NCBI GenBank assembly: GCA_963785305.1
Contig: CAWAUV010000009.1
Coordinates: 64,001 to 128,000 of the forward strand
Source: an uncultured Planctomycetaceae bacterium
GTDB taxonomy: Bacteria; Planctomycetota; Planctomycetia; Pirellulales; PALSA-1355
Length of the DNA stretch: 64,000 bases
Direction of reading: 5' to 3'
Shown here: one piece after another, positions 10,387 to 20,901 of the stretch
Position numbering within the stretch: the stretch's first letter is position 1
Layout of the letters: every line of letters starts with the position of its first letter
The notes under the pieces: model-generated
Database searches by the model: none
What the model saw: the letters and a program-made list of their open reading frames with translations, nothing else
What the model was told of the DNA's origin: nothing
Position numbers and translations under genes: made by a program

Positions 10387-11435
10387 GCGCGCCGGGATTG
10401 TAGGCAAACTGCCGGGGGTCGATCGGCGCGTCGGTGCGCACTTCATAAAACTCAATCGCCATCAGCAGTGTGTCGACCGGCGGTGGCGCCTTCAATTTCC
10501 AGCCGCGCGCGGCGGGCAGCCGCCGCCAGAATTCGATGCGATAGGGAAACATGTCGTTACGGCCCACGAGCACCACGATGCGCTCCGGCAAATATCGCGG
10601 CAGCTTCGATACATCGAGCGGTTCGCCTTTCAGAATCGCCTCTTTCTGCTCGGGCTCCATCTCCGCGAGCCGCGCCGGTTTCCATGCGCCCGCGATCGCG
10701 AGCACCGGAAAGGCGTCGAGCTTCGCGGGCGCGACGGTCGAAAAATCGAAGTTCTGGCTCATGCCTTGCGCCAGAGCGCGGCAGGCCGCCGAGCGCCATC
10801 CAGGCGGCTTGCGGGGCGATGAGCGGCGTGGGCTGTTTTTCGAGTCTGCGCCGCAGTCTCGCGAGATCGATCGTCGAGAGCGTGGCGCCGTCGGGCATTT
10901 CCTCGTAGTTCCAGAATCGGGCGCCATCGGCCACTTGGAGCACATTGGTCGTGTGGTCACCCACTTGCATTTTGATTTCGAACCGCAGTGCGCGTTCGGC
11001 CGAGGTCGCTGGGCTCGTGGCAAGCGATTGCTGCAAATAGATACCGGAGCCGACGAGCGACTGGCCGAACTCGTCGATGCGAAAGCGAACCTTGGCCGAA
11101 ATCGATCGGCGACTCTCGATCGTCGTGACCATGTGGTCGAAGTATTGGGCCGCCGTGCCCTGGGGCTGAAACGACTCGCCGTCGACCACGGCCCGCGCGA
11201 CACGGGCCACTCGCACCGCGGGCCGCGGCTTCGGCGCGCGGGCGGGCTCGGCCATCGGTCTTGTTCCCGCGGGCAGGGTCGCCGCGGCCGCGTTCGCGGG
11301 CGCCGGCGTTGCGAGCGGTTGCCGCGCGGCCAGGGGCGCGTCGGCGGCAGCGCTCGGGCGACACTCGGCGCCGGCGCCGAGCGCCGCGCCCAGGCCCAAA
11401 ACCACGATGGAGATGCTGGGCGGCTTGTAACGCAT
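10292..11435 (-). CDS. Exported protein, possible LolA-like fold (frameshift near 10780)
   Basis: Signal peptide MRYKPPSISIVVLGLGAALG; LRFEIKMQVG..LQVADGARFWNY beta pattern; continues in a second frame to a stop at 10292. Confidence 0.55.
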
Positions 11436-11745
11436 ATTCGGGTTTTGCCGGATTTTCCAAAGAATCGGCGGACAACGCGCCGACCATGTATTCGTAGGAA
11501 AGCGACGAGCCGCATGCCGGCCCCGCAAGGCTCGGCGAAATCGCTCGTTCGGCCCTGGGGCGGCCGGCCTCGAAGTCCGCGGGATTCTAGGTTGCTCGCG
11601 AAGTCGGGTCTATGTCAGTCCGGAACCAAGGCCGGAGGTTTTCGGCGCCCGCTGGCGCCGAGCGAAGCGCGACACGGAACCAACCACACAACGCACAAGC
11701 GCCAGGCGATCGCCCTGGTTGCCTCACAGGTTCGCCGAGGGGGGA

Positions 11746-12852
11746 ATGACGATGAAACGTAAGATGACTGCGTGCGCGCTTGCCGCCACGTTGCTAGCAG
11801 GCGGCGCCGGGTGTAGAAACTTTTACACCCCCTGGTCCAGAACCAGTTATTCCGACAACTGTCCGCATCCGGGCGGGCTTCGGCACAACGCGCCGCCGCC
11901 GGAAATGATGATGGAGCCGGGACCGGGTGTCGGCGGGCCGGGGCCCGGGGTGTTGATTCCGCCGCCCATGGCGCCCCCGATGGCGCAGGTCTCGCAAATC
12001 GTGTTTGCAAGCCCCGACGGCATGAACGTCAATTGGGACGTCGCCACGCCGGGCGCATTCGACTCCGAGCCGCTGGTCGTGCCTGGTCGCTACAATTTCA
12101 CCCAGGCGGCGATCTATCGCTTGAAGCTCTCGAATATCCCGAATCGGCCCGGCGTGGAACTGTATCCGACGCTCGAAGTCGGCATCGCCACGCCGCGAAC
12201 CGAAGCCTATCTCACGCACAACGCGATCCCGATTCAGTTCAGCGAAGAAGACTTCGATCAGGTGCAGTCGGGCAACTTCGTGACCAAAGTCATCTATCTG
12301 CCCGACGCCGAGTTCCAGGAACTGGCCCTGGCCGGAGTCGAGACCTTGGTAAGCACTCGCCTTGATCCGGGCCTCGATCCGATTGTCGAGGCCGATCGCC
12401 GGGGCACGATTCTGGCCATCATTCGCATCGGCAACATGGATTTGGAAGTGCCGCAGCCGGGCGGAGTGGCCGGAGGGCTCGTGGCCGGCGCCGGCCCCGA
12501 TGGCGGGCCGATGGCGGTCTACGGTTCGCCGCGCGGGTTTATCTCGGGAGTGACGATTCCGCCCTACGGCATGCCGATGGTCGGCACTCCGATCGGTCTG
12601 CCCGGACCGCCGCATATTCCGCTCGGTCAGCCGGCCGGCTTGCAAAAATCGGGAGTCGTGAATCACACCCACATGCATGTGCCCGGCCCGGCGACGACCT
12701 TCAATTACCACGTGAAGCAATCGCCCGGCTATAGCACTCCGTGGCCGGTGACCGACGCCTGGATCAAGCAACATGGCCGTGCGCCCGACTGCCCAAGTGA
12801 CGGGACTTGCCCGCCAGAAGCCGGCCAGGGCATGGCGCCGCCGCCGCAGTAA
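11746..12852 (+). CDS. Pro/Gly-rich lipoprotein of unknown function
   Basis: Lipobox-like LAGGAGC; core GRYNF..IYRLKLSNIPNRPGVELYPTLEV..GNFVTKVIYLPD. Confidence 0.75.
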   Translation: MTMKRKMTACALAATLLAGGAGCRNFYTPWSRTSYSDNCPHPGGLRHNAPPPEMMMEPGPGVGGPGPGVLIPPPMAPPMAQVSQIVFASPDGMNVNWDVATPGAFDSEPLVVPGRYNFTQAAIYRLKLSNIPNRPGVELYPTLEVGIATPRTEAYLTHNAIPIQFSEEDFDQVQSGNFVTKVIYLPDAEFQELALAGVETLVSTRLDPGLDPIVEADRRGTILAIIRIGNMDLEVPQPGGVAGGLVAGAGPDGGPMAVYGSPRGFISGVTIPPYGMPMVGTPIGLPGPPHIPLGQPAGLQKSGVVNHTHMHVPGPATTFNYHVKQSPGYSTPWPVTDAWIKQHGRAPDCPSDGTCPPEAGQGMAPPPQ

Positions 12853-13064
12853 TCGGCCGGGCGCATGGGGGCGGCGCGAAGCTTCGAGCAATGCTCGCGG
12901 CGTGGCGTCCGACCGCCTGGGTTGAAGTTCAACATGCGATCGCGTTGATCGAAGTATCCTTCGAAAGAAGTGGCCTTCGAAAAGCGCCGCGAATGCGACG
13001 AGTTGGACTCCGTGGCTCGAACAAAGGCTCGTCGCCTTTCATTTTTGGGGGAGCAAACACGACA

Positions 13065-13964
13065 ATGGTCCACAAGCCCCGCCTCATGACGCATCGTCTT
13101 GAGCGAGCTGCAAGCACGGCGTTGTGTGTGAGCCTGGCGTGGTTGGCGGCGGCGACGATATCGCCGGCCCAGCCGCCCGAGGTTCACTACTTCCACGCCG
13201 ACGCTATGCCACCGGGAGCGATTGGAAGCTTGCAGCTTTCGCGGGGCGGACCATTGCCGGGTTACTTTCAGCCGGTCGAGATCACGGCCCCGCCGGGCGC
13301 CAAGGTCTCGCTGGCGGTCGATGGCCAATTCGAAGCCGCCCATGGCGGCGTCACGGAAGCCGGGTTCCTGATCGGCGCCGTGTATCGCCTGCGGGTCACC
13401 AACATTCCCGACGCCGAAGCGCTCGAAGTCTATCCCACGATCGAAGTCATCGACCGGCTCTATCCGCCGGTGGGCCTCGAAGGCCGGTTCCCGATCACGA
13501 TCGAACTAGCCGCCGACGATCTGCAACTGGCGCTCGACGGCAAGTTCGTCACGCGAGTCGTCTATCTCGAAGAGCCGCTCGATGCGCTGGCCGTGGCCGA
13601 GCAGCCGCGGCAGCAAGAGGCGTTTCAAGTGAGGCCGGGCGAAAATCCGCTCGACATCGCCGATCGCCTGGGTCGCCCGATGGCGATCGTGCGCATGGGC
13701 GGACTGCTGCCGAGCGCCGACGGGCCCGACGCGACATTTCTCTTTGGCTCGCCGCCATTTCTTCGCTTTGAAATGCCCGCCGGCGCCGCCGCCGCTCAAG
13801 CCGCGCGAGCCGCGGCGAGCAAAGCCAGCACGCAAACCACCGGCCCCGGCCAATCGCCGGCCGCGGCCACGCCGCTCGCGCGAGCGCCGCTACCGACGGC
13901 GCCGAGCAAACACTCGCGCCTCGATCTGCGCAATGCCTTTCGCCCCCGAGAGACCACGCGATGA
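13065..13964 (+). CDS. Exported paralog of the upstream protein
   Basis: Signal peptide; VYRLRVTNIP..EVYPTIEV..GKFVTRVVYLEEP aligns by eye with the upstream protein core. Confidence 0.75.
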   Translation: MVHKPRLMTHRLERAASTALCVSLAWLAAATISPAQPPEVHYFHADAMPPGAIGSLQLSRGGPLPGYFQPVEITAPPGAKVSLAVDGQFEAAHGGVTEAGFLIGAVYRLRVTNIPDAEALEVYPTIEVIDRLYPPVGLEGRFPITIELAADDLQLALDGKFVTRVVYLEEPLDALAVAEQPRQQEAFQVRPGENPLDIADRLGRPMAIVRMGGLLPSADGPDATFLFGSPPFLRFEMPAGAAAAQAARAAASKASTQTTGPGQSPAAATPLARAPLPTAPSKHSRLDLRNAFRPRETTR

Positions 13965-15208
13965 CGCTTAGCCCGATGTTCACGGCCCGGTGTCGCGCGG
14001 CGGCGCGGCGCTCGTCGCTCGCGCTGATCGCCCTGGCCACGATCTCGTTTTGTTCCTGCCACTCCGGCGGCGCGAGCGGCTGGATGGCCGGCGGCGTCGC
14101 GGGCGCTCCGGGTGGATATCCGGCCGGCGGCCAGCAAATGGCTTCGACCTACACCTCGGGTGGCCTCGCGACTGGCGGCGCGGCCACGGCGACGATGATG
14201 GCTCCGCCCGAGCGATCGCTGTTTGGCATCGCGATGCCGCCGGCTCCGCTACCGCAAACGATTGTCTCGCCCTGGGCGCCGCCGGGCATTTCGCTTCCCT
14301 GGCCCCACGATGAATACCTCGCCGATGGCGGCGACAAGGAAGTGCCGGTCACGGTCAACGCCCAAGGACAAGTCAACGGCCTGGAGCTCGAAGACACGAT
14401 CGTGCATTTCGACACGCTCGACGGACGCACTCTGGTCGAGCCCTCGAATCGCGTGAATATCTATGCCCCGCGTTTCGCCGCCGTGCGCGCCGTGGAAGAG
14501 ACACGTTCGAGCAAGCGGCGCGACCAGATCGAAGCCTCGCACGCGCCGGTCGGGCCGCAAGTGGAAATCGACCGCTGGGTCGCGACGACCGCCATGCAGC
14601 CGGTGCAGCCGATCGACGATACCGGCGTCAGACAGGTGTCGATCGCGCATTTGCGGCAGGGCCAGAGCATTTTGCTCGCCCGCGAGTTTCCCAACGCCGC
14701 GCAAAATCGCGTGAGCGCCCACGAGGACTTCGAGATCATTCGGCTCGGCACGTTCGACGAAACCGAAAAGGTCCGGCTCATGGAGAGCGTCGACGCCGCG
14801 ATCACCTGGGAGGGCGATCAGGCGTTGCAAGTGGTGATCGATCGCGTGGAGGCCAAGGTCGACACCGGCGATCAGAAGGCCGAACAGACTTACCGCGTCG
14901 ACACGCCGCAAAATCCACGGCTCCGGGTCGTGAAAGTCGCCTCGACGAATCAGGCTCGGCCGGGCGATGTGGTGGACTTCACCATTCGCTACGACAACAT
15001 GGGCGACGCGCCGATCGGCAATGTGACGCTCATCGACAACCTCACGACGCGGCTGGAATATGTCGAAGGATCGGCCAAGAGCAGCCGCGACGCCGCCTTC
15101 TTCGCCGATCCCAATGCCGGCGACTCGCTGGCCTTGCGCTGGGAATTCGCCGAACCGCTCGACCCGGGACAAGGCGGCTTGGTGCGATTCCAATGCCGAG
15201 TGCGGTAG
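13961..15208 (+). CDS. DUF11 (conserved repeat/Ig-like) domain lipoprotein
   Basis: ATGA overlap; ISFCSC lipobox-like; C-terminal [39 protein letters not shown]. Confidence 0.75.
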   Translation: MTLSPMFTARCRAAARRSSLALIALATISFCSCHSGGASGWMAGGVAGAPGGYPAGGQQMASTYTSGGLATGGAATATMMAPPERSLFGIAMPPAPLPQTIVSPWAPPGISLPWPHDEYLADGGDKEVPVTVNAQGQVNGLELEDTIVHFDTLDGRTLVEPSNRVNIYAPRFAAVRAVEETRSSKRRDQIEASHAPVGPQVEIDRWVATTAMQPVQPIDDTGVRQVSIAHLRQGQSILLAREFPNAAQNRVSAHEDFEIIRLGTFDETEKVRLMESVDAAITWEGDQALQVVIDRVEAKVDTGDQKAEQTYRVDTPQNPRLRVVKVASTNQARPGDVVDFTIRYDNMGDAPIGNVTLIDNLTTRLEYVEGSAKSSRDAAFFADPNAGDSLALRWEFAEPLDPGQGGLVRFQCRVR

Positions 15209-15287
15209 CGCGAGCGATCCTCCACCGCCCGAATCGCGAGGGCCGGGCGCCATTGACAACGCCTTCTGGGCGGGCAACGATAAATCG

Positions 15288-15330
15288 AAGCCCCAGACCG
15301 CGCCGCGCGTCGTCTGGGGTTCGTTTTTTC
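15288..15330 (+). terminator. Intrinsic terminator-like hairpin
   Basis: CCCCAGAC...GTCTGGGG stem followed by TTCGTTTTTT. Confidence 0.5.
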
Positions 15331-15444
15331 GGGTGCGTTTTTTCGCGCGGCGCCGCGGGCCCCTCGGGCCAATGGCGCCCCCGACGCCACGAACGAGCCC
15401 CCTATCCTTCCCTGACTTTTCCTACTCTCCCGGAGTGCGTGACC

Positions 15445-16470
15445 GTGATCGTCGTGATGAAGAAAGACGCCTCGAAGCAAGATGTGCGGCAAATGGTCGA
15501 GCGGATCGAGACCCTGGGGCTCAAGGCCCATGTGATCGTGGGCGACGAACGCACCGTGATCGCGGCCGTGGGCGACGATCGAAAAACACACAAGGACTCA
15601 CTCGAAAGCGGGCCCGGCGTGGCGGAAGTGCTGCCGATACTCGCGCCCTACAAAGTCGCCAGCATCGAACTCAAAAGCGAGCCGACCGTGGTGCGAGCCC
15701 TCGAATTCTCGGCCGGTAATGGAAACCTGGGCGTGATCGCCGGCCCTTGCTCGGTCGAAACCGAGGAACAGATTCTCGCCAGCGCCCAAGCGGTCAAGGC
15801 GGCGGGCGCCACCGCCCTGCGCGGCGGCGCGTATAAACCGCGCACCAGCCCCTATAGCTTTCAGGGCCTCAAGGAAGAGGGCCTCAAGATGCTCGCCGCC
15901 GCGCGCAATGAAACCGGGCTCGCCGTGGTGACCGAAGTCGTGGCCAGCGAAGATGTCGAGCTCGTGGCCCGCTATGCCGACGTGCTCCAAGTCGGCGCCC
16001 GCAATATGCAGAACTATCGGTTGCTCGAAGCCGTGGGCAAGGTCGACCGGGCGGTGTTGCTCAAGCGCGGTCCGAGCGCCACGATGGAGGAGTTGTTGCT
16101 GGCGGCCGAATACATTCTCGACGCGGGCAATCCGAATGTGATGCTGTGCGAGCGCGGCATTCGCACCTTCGAGAGCCACACCCGGTTCACGCTGCCGCTG
16201 GCCAGCGTGGTGTATTTACACTCGAAGACCCACTTGCCGGTGGTGGTCGATCCGAGCCACGGCACGGGGCATGCGTATCTCGTGCCGCAAATGGCGGCGG
16301 CCAGCGTGGCGGCGGGGGCCGATGGTCTCATTATCGAAGTGCATCCCGACCCGGCTAGCGCCAAGAGCGACGGCTACCAATCGCTCGACTTCAAGCAATT
16401 CCGCGAAACGATGGAGCTCTGCGGCAAAGTAGCCGCGGCAATCGGCAAACGAATGAACGCGAGCTTGTGA
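15445..16470 (+). CDS. aroF: 3-deoxy-7-phosphoheptulonate (DAHP) synthase, type I-beta
   Basis: [56 protein letters not shown]. Confidence 0.95.
   Translation: MIVVMKKDASKQDVRQMVERIETLGLKAHVIVGDERTVIAAVGDDRKTHKDSLESGPGVAEVLPILAPYKVASIELKSEPTVVRALEFSAGNGNLGVIAGPCSVETEEQILASAQAVKAAGATALRGGAYKPRTSPYSFQGLKEEGLKMLAAARNETGLAVVTEVVASEDVELVARYADVLQVGARNMQNYRLLEAVGKVDRAVLLKRGPSATMEELLLAAEYILDAGNPNVMLCERGIRTFESHTRFTLPLASVVYLHSKTHLPVVVDPSHGTGHAYLVPQMAAASVAAGADGLIIEVHPDPASAKSDGYQSLDFKQFRETMELCGKVAAAIGKRMNASL
16299..16464 (+). repeat. Left copy of a 166-bp imperfect direct repeat (aroF 3' end)
   Basis: Aligns without gaps to 17369-17534. Confidence 0.9.
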
Positions 16471-16608
16471 ACACGCTTGTGAACAGATCGGGCGCTGCGG
16501 CGCCATTCGCCGCGCTCCGAAACGGAAGCGGCGTGTTTCATTCAATGCTTCGTGCACGACGCCGTGCGCGACCAAGGCGATCGCCAAGCCCGTTCTCGGC
16601 CCGGCCGC

Positions 16609-16662
16609 AAGGGCGAAGTTCCAGGCTTTGTCGACGATCGGTTACCGGTCGTTGTTGCTCAT
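16609..16662 (-). pseudogene. Relic of a type I restriction-modification HsdM N-terminus
   Basis: Minus strand reads MSNNDR*PIVDKAWNFA, resembling HsdM N-termini of the IVxKAWNFAHVLRDDG type; starts 3 nt after the vapC stop. Confidence 0.55.
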
Positions 16663-16665
16663 GAA

Positions 16666-17052
16666 TTACCAGAGCCTCGTCACGCCGTATGCGTCAAATT
16701 GTGAGTCGGCGCTGACAATGGGCATGTTCTCCGTCATCGCCTGGGCGACCAGCAGTCGGTCGAACGGGTCTTTGTGATGCGAATCCATCGTTGTCAGCAA
16801 GGCGGTATGCTTCGGCAGAATGGGCAGAATCGAAAAATCGTTGGAGGAAATTTGCGTATCCATGAACGATTGGTACGGCTGGGGCAGCGAATATTTGCCC
16901 AGCCTGATTTTGATGGCGATCTCCCAGTAGCTCGCCGGGCTGATCGCGATTTCATGTGTCGGATCGGCGATCATAATTTTCGCCGACTCATTCAACCGCG
17001 GATCATCGAGAATGAACCAGAGAAACGCATGGGTGTCGAGCAAGACCCTCAT
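16666..17052 (-). CDS. vapC: PIN-domain toxin (VapC family)
   Basis: MRVLLDTHAFLW, SYWEIAIK, HHKDPFDRLLVAQA, SAD. Confidence 0.92.
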   Translation of the reverse strand: MRVLLDTHAFLWFILDDPRLNESAKIMIADPTHEIAISPASYWEIAIKIRLGKYSLPQPYQSFMDTQISSNDFSILPILPKHTALLTTMDSHHKDPFDRLLVAQAMTENMPIVSADSQFDAYGVTRLW

Positions 17053-17285
17053 TCCATGTACTCCTCGAATCCATTCAAGTGTTCATCGTCTTCGAATAGA
17101 ATCGTCAGCAGCCCCTTGGCGCTGCCTGTCTTTCGCGGTAGGCGTTTCGGCGGTTCTTCGGCGAGCAAACGGGCAATGGGTTGCCGATCGCGAGTAATCA
17201 CCAGTTCTTCGCCCGCCGCTAAATGGGCAATTAGCTCTGGCAGTTTGGCCTGGGCTTCCTCGATGGTCACGGTTGTCATGTTCAC
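17049..17285 (-). CDS. Phd/YefM-family antitoxin
   Basis: TVTIEEAQAKLPELI..GEELVITRDRQPIARL; ATGA overlap with the toxin. Confidence 0.9.
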   Translation of the reverse strand: MNMTTVTIEEAQAKLPELIAHLAAGEELVITRDRQPIARLLAEEPPKRLPRKTGSAKGLLTILFEDDEHLNGFEEYME

Positions 17286-17368
17286 TCCCGCAGTGCTTTC
17301 TAGGTTGACGAACGCCGACGAACACGGGTTCGCGTTTCGCCCGATGTTTTGATTTTACCACGAATTCG

Positions 17369-17558
17369 GGCCAGCGTGGCCACTGGCGCCGATGGCCTCA
17401 TTATCGAAGCGCATCCCGACCCGGCCAGTGCCCATCGCGCCGGCTACCAATCGCTCGACTTCAAGCAGTTCCGAGAAACGATGGAGCTCCGCGACAAAGT
17501 GGCCGCGGCAATCGGCAAACGAATGAACGCGAGCAAGCGTGGACTCGGCTCGCGGTAA
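17369..17558 (+). pseudogene. Duplicated aroF 3' fragment (right repeat copy 17369-17534)
   Basis: [43 protein letters not shown] with no upstream aroF sequence. Confidence 0.9.
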
Positions 17559-17605
17559 GAAATGCCGACCGCCATGCGTGGATCGGTGAGCTCAGAGCGC
17601 CGAGC

Positions 17606-18703
17606 TCAGAACAGATACAGCAGCGGGAACAGGAAGATCCACACCAGGTCGACGAAGTGCCAGTAGAGGCCGATGTTTTCGATGCAGCCGGCCCAGGCTA
17701 TGCCAAGCTCGAAGGGCAGCAGGATCGCGAACACCACGAGGCCGATCGCCACATGCAGTGCATGGAAACCGGTCAGCAAGAAGTAAGTGTTCACCCACAT
17801 GTTGCCGCCGGGGATTCGCACCGGTAGCCGCAGCGCGGGATATTTATCGTTGAGACCCTCGGGCTCGGCCGACGAATGGCCATCGTGATCGGCGTGCCCG
17901 GCGCCCGGCGCGGCCTCGTGCGGCGGAGTGACCAACTCGGCCACTTCCTCCATCGCCAAGCGCCGATCGAGCGGGTCGTCGCCCGACACGGCTCGCCGCT
18001 CGAGCGTTTCCACTTGCTTGAGCAGCGACTTGGCTTCGTCGGCAAAGGACTGCTCGGCGGCCGACTTGTCGGGCCGCGCGTCGGCTTCGGCCACCACGGT
18101 GCTCAATCGCTGCCGCACGGCGGCGACATAGTAGAGGTCGGCGCACTCGTAAATCGGGCTGTGGGCCTTTTCATAGAGATCGCTTCGCGCGTCGCGGCGC
18201 GGGTACAGGCCATGCACGAACTTGGCGTTGTATTCATAGGCCTTAATGCCCAGGAACAACGCGCCAAGGGCGAAGGTCGCCAAAATCCAAAGCTTGGCCG
18301 ACCGAGCTCGATTGGCCCGCGCGGCTTCGAGCCCGAGCACCACCGAGACGCTCGACGAGATCAGCACGAATGTGTTCAGGGCGCCGATCGCCTCGACCAA
18401 ATGCATCTGGTGGGGGCGCGGCCACGCCGGAGCGCCGAAGCGAAACACGATGTAGGCCCCGATCAGGGCCGAGAAAAACATGATCTCGGTCGAAAGAAAC
18501 AGCCACACGAAGAGCTTCGCCGGAGCGAGCGGCAGCGCGTAGTGATAGCGCAGGGCGACCGCGGCATGGTGGCCGCCCGGCTTCTCGGCGTGAGCGGGCT
18601 CCACGGCGCCCGGGGCGGCGGACGCGGCGGCCGGGAGCGACTTGTGGCCGGGGTCGTGGGTATCCAAGGCTTGCTTTCCGAACTGAAGCGGCCGACGACT
18701 CAA
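17606..18703 (-). CDS. Cytochrome c oxidase subunit III with a large hydrophilic insertion
   Basis: [52 protein letters not shown]; start codon uncertain. Confidence 0.9.
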   Translation of the reverse strand: MSRRPLQFGKQALDTHDPGHKSLPAAASAAPGAVEPAHAEKPGGHHAAVALRYHYALPLAPAKLFVWLFLSTEIMFFSALIGAYIVFRFGAPAWPRPHQMHLVEAIGALNTFVLISSSVSVVLGLEAARANRARSAKLWILATFALGALFLGIKAYEYNAKFVHGLYPRRDARSDLYEKAHSPIYECADLYYVAAVRQRLSTVVAEADARPDKSAAEQSFADEAKSLLKQVETLERRAVSGDDPLDRRLAMEEVAELVTPPHEAAPGAGHADHDGHSSAEPEGLNDKYPALRLPVRIPGGNMWVNTYFLLTGFHALHVAIGLVVFAILLPFELGIAWAGCIENIGLYWHFVDLVWIFLFPLLYLF

Positions 18704-18774
18704 ACGCCGGGCTCATGAAAAAATTCGTGACTCGGCGCTGAAACGCGCCAAAACTTTGATCGACGGTCGACGGC

Positions 18775-19689
18775 TCACCACCGCCAGACCATCAGCGGGC
18801 CGAGAGTGAGCACCGCCAGCACTGCCGGCAGGTAGACGAGGCTCGCTCGCAGCAGGCGCCGCGCCGTGCGCTCGTCGCGGTCGAGCATAAACGCCAAGGC
18901 GCAGGCCAATTGCCCGAGCCCCAGCGCCAAAATCGCTCCGCCGAGCCATAGGCCGGAATTCGTATGCAGCACCGAAACCAAGCTCACGGGCAACAAGGTC
19001 CAGGCCGAGAGCACCGCCTGAGCGCCGGCCCGGCGGCCCGAGGGATCGACCACCGGCAGCATTCGCATTCCGGCGGCTTCATATTGCCCGCGATACAGCC
19101 AAGCGATCGCCATGAAATGGGGGAACTGCCACAAATACACGGTGAGAAAAAGCCCACAGGCTTTCAAATCGAGCGGAGCGCCCACACTGGTCCAACCGAT
19201 GAGCACCGGTAGCGCTCCGGCCACGGCGCCCACGGCGGTGTTGGCCGGAGTGCGGCTTTTCAGCGGCGTATAGATCACCACATAGCAGAGCCATGTCAAG
19301 AAGCCCATCGTGGCGGTGACGGGATTGACGGCGATCGCGAGCTCCGCGAGCCCGGCGATGATCGTGGCCCCGCCGAAGGCGAGCACCTGCCAGCTCGCGA
19401 GCCGGCCGGCCGGCAGTGGGCGATCGGCGGTGCGCGGCATGCGGGCGTCGGCCTCGCGCTCGATCCATTGGTTGAGCGCGCTGGCGCTGGCGGCCACGAG
19501 CGTGGTGCCCAAGAGAGTGTGCCAAAGCAAGACGCCGCCGGGAGCGCGTCCGGCGGCCAGCATCGCGGCCACGACCACGGTCACGAGCACCAAAGTGGCG
19601 ATGCGCGGTTTGGTGAGCTCGAGATAATCGGCGAGCGTGGCCCGCCAAGTGACTCGCCTCGCCTCGTAGACCAGCGTCGTGGAGATCAT
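18775..19689 (-). CDS. cyoE: Protoheme IX farnesyltransferase (heme O synthase)
   Basis: ELTKPRI, NQWIEREADARMPRTADRPLP, YTPLKS, WQFPHFMAIAW; GAGGGAGA RBS before ATG 19689. Confidence 0.9.
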   Translation of the reverse strand: MISTTLVYEARRVTWRATLADYLELTKPRIATLVLVTVVVAAMLAAGRAPGGVLLWHTLLGTTLVAASASALNQWIEREADARMPRTADRPLPAGRLASWQVLAFGGATIIAGLAELAIAVNPVTATMGFLTWLCYVVIYTPLKSRTPANTAVGAVAGALPVLIGWTSVGAPLDLKACGLFLTVYLWQFPHFMAIAWLYRGQYEAAGMRMLPVVDPSGRRAGAQAVLSAWTLLPVSLVSVLHTNSGLWLGGAILALGLGQLACALAFMLDRDERTARRLLRASLVYLPAVLAVLTLGPLMVWRW

Positions 19690-20823
19690 GCCACGTTCTC
19701 CCTCGGATTGGGCGTTTCCCGCTCGCATTCGGCGGCCGCGCGCCAATCGCGCGAGCCGCAGGGTTACTAGCACCGAAGTCGCCACGATTAATGAACCCAC
19801 GGCCACGTGTCCGGTAATGATCCAGGCTTGCAGGCGACTGGCCCCGCGCACCGTGAAGCCATCGGTCAACGATGGACCGAGGATTCCCGCGAGCCAGCGG
19901 GGCCAGCCATATTTCAAAATCCAGGTTCCCAGCCCGAGCGCCAATTGCGTCACGACGAGCATCGCAAGAGCGGTCGCCGGCCGCAAGAGCCAGCCCCGCC
20001 ACCGGCGCCAATCGTCGCCCGCGGCCGCGCGCGGCAACCGCGCGATCCGCAGGGTAAGCCATAGGATATCAAACGCCACGAGGAAGGCTACCGCCACATG
20101 GAGCCAAACCGCGATTCGGAATCCGGTCGGCGTCATCATGAGGGAAAGATGCCGCAAAGTCGCGCCCAGCACCAGTTGCACATAGGCCAGGGCGGCGGTG
20201 GCGCCGGCCAAGCGGGCCAAGCCGGCCAGCCGCTCGCCCCCGACCCGGTTGTCCGCCCTCGGCGCCTCGCCCCAGGAGCGAGATTCGCATACCGCGAGGG
20301 CCACGCCAAACCCGAAAAAGGCCGGGCCAAAGCAGCCGTGGACGCGGGCCAGGGTCACGGCGTCGAAATCGACCCGCATCGCCCCCAACACGCCCTGAAA
20401 AACCACTCCGCCCAGGGCGCCCAGGGCCGCGAACCCCATCCAGCGGCGCCCGTCGCACAGCCAAGCCGAGACACAAAAGCCGATCGTCATGAGGCCGACC
20501 GTGGTTGCCCAAAGCCGGTGGCCATGTTCGATAAACAGGTCCCAGGGCGCCGCAAGCCACATATGGAGCGGATAGGTGAATAAACGGTAACCGTAGGTGG
20601 AAAACCCCTCGGGCGCCGCCATGCCGGCTTTGGTGGTGGTGACAAGGCCACCGATGAAAATCAACGGAAAGGTGGCGCAAACCATCGCCACGGCGAAACG
20701 ATGCGGCCAGCGGCTCGCGCCCATACAAGCCGACGCCGCTCGACGCCCGACGCCGGCGCGCGAGCCATCGGTGGCGGCGCTGGTGGCGAGCTCGGTTTTC
20801 GCGGCGATATCGGCTTTCAACAT
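19686..20823 (-). CDS. ctaA: Heme A synthase (COX15/CtaA family)
   Basis: GGLVTTTKAGMA, EHGHR, QGVLG, HG, QLVLGATLRH, HVAVG; reads in frame into cyoE here, probably via an indel. Confidence 0.8.
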
Positions 20824-20901
20824 GAACTCGCGTTTCTTGGCGCACGGGATCAGCGGCGGACCTACGAGCGGGCTCGGTAACCCGATCGCGCTCGCGCGCG
20901 A

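Noticed and set aside
18775..20823. Apparent CtaA-CyoE fusion (682-aa ORF)
   Set aside because: There is an internal RBS and ATG at 19689 in a GCATGA context, the classic stop/start overlap. One indel in the ctaA tail would explain the read-through, and indels are common in this window.
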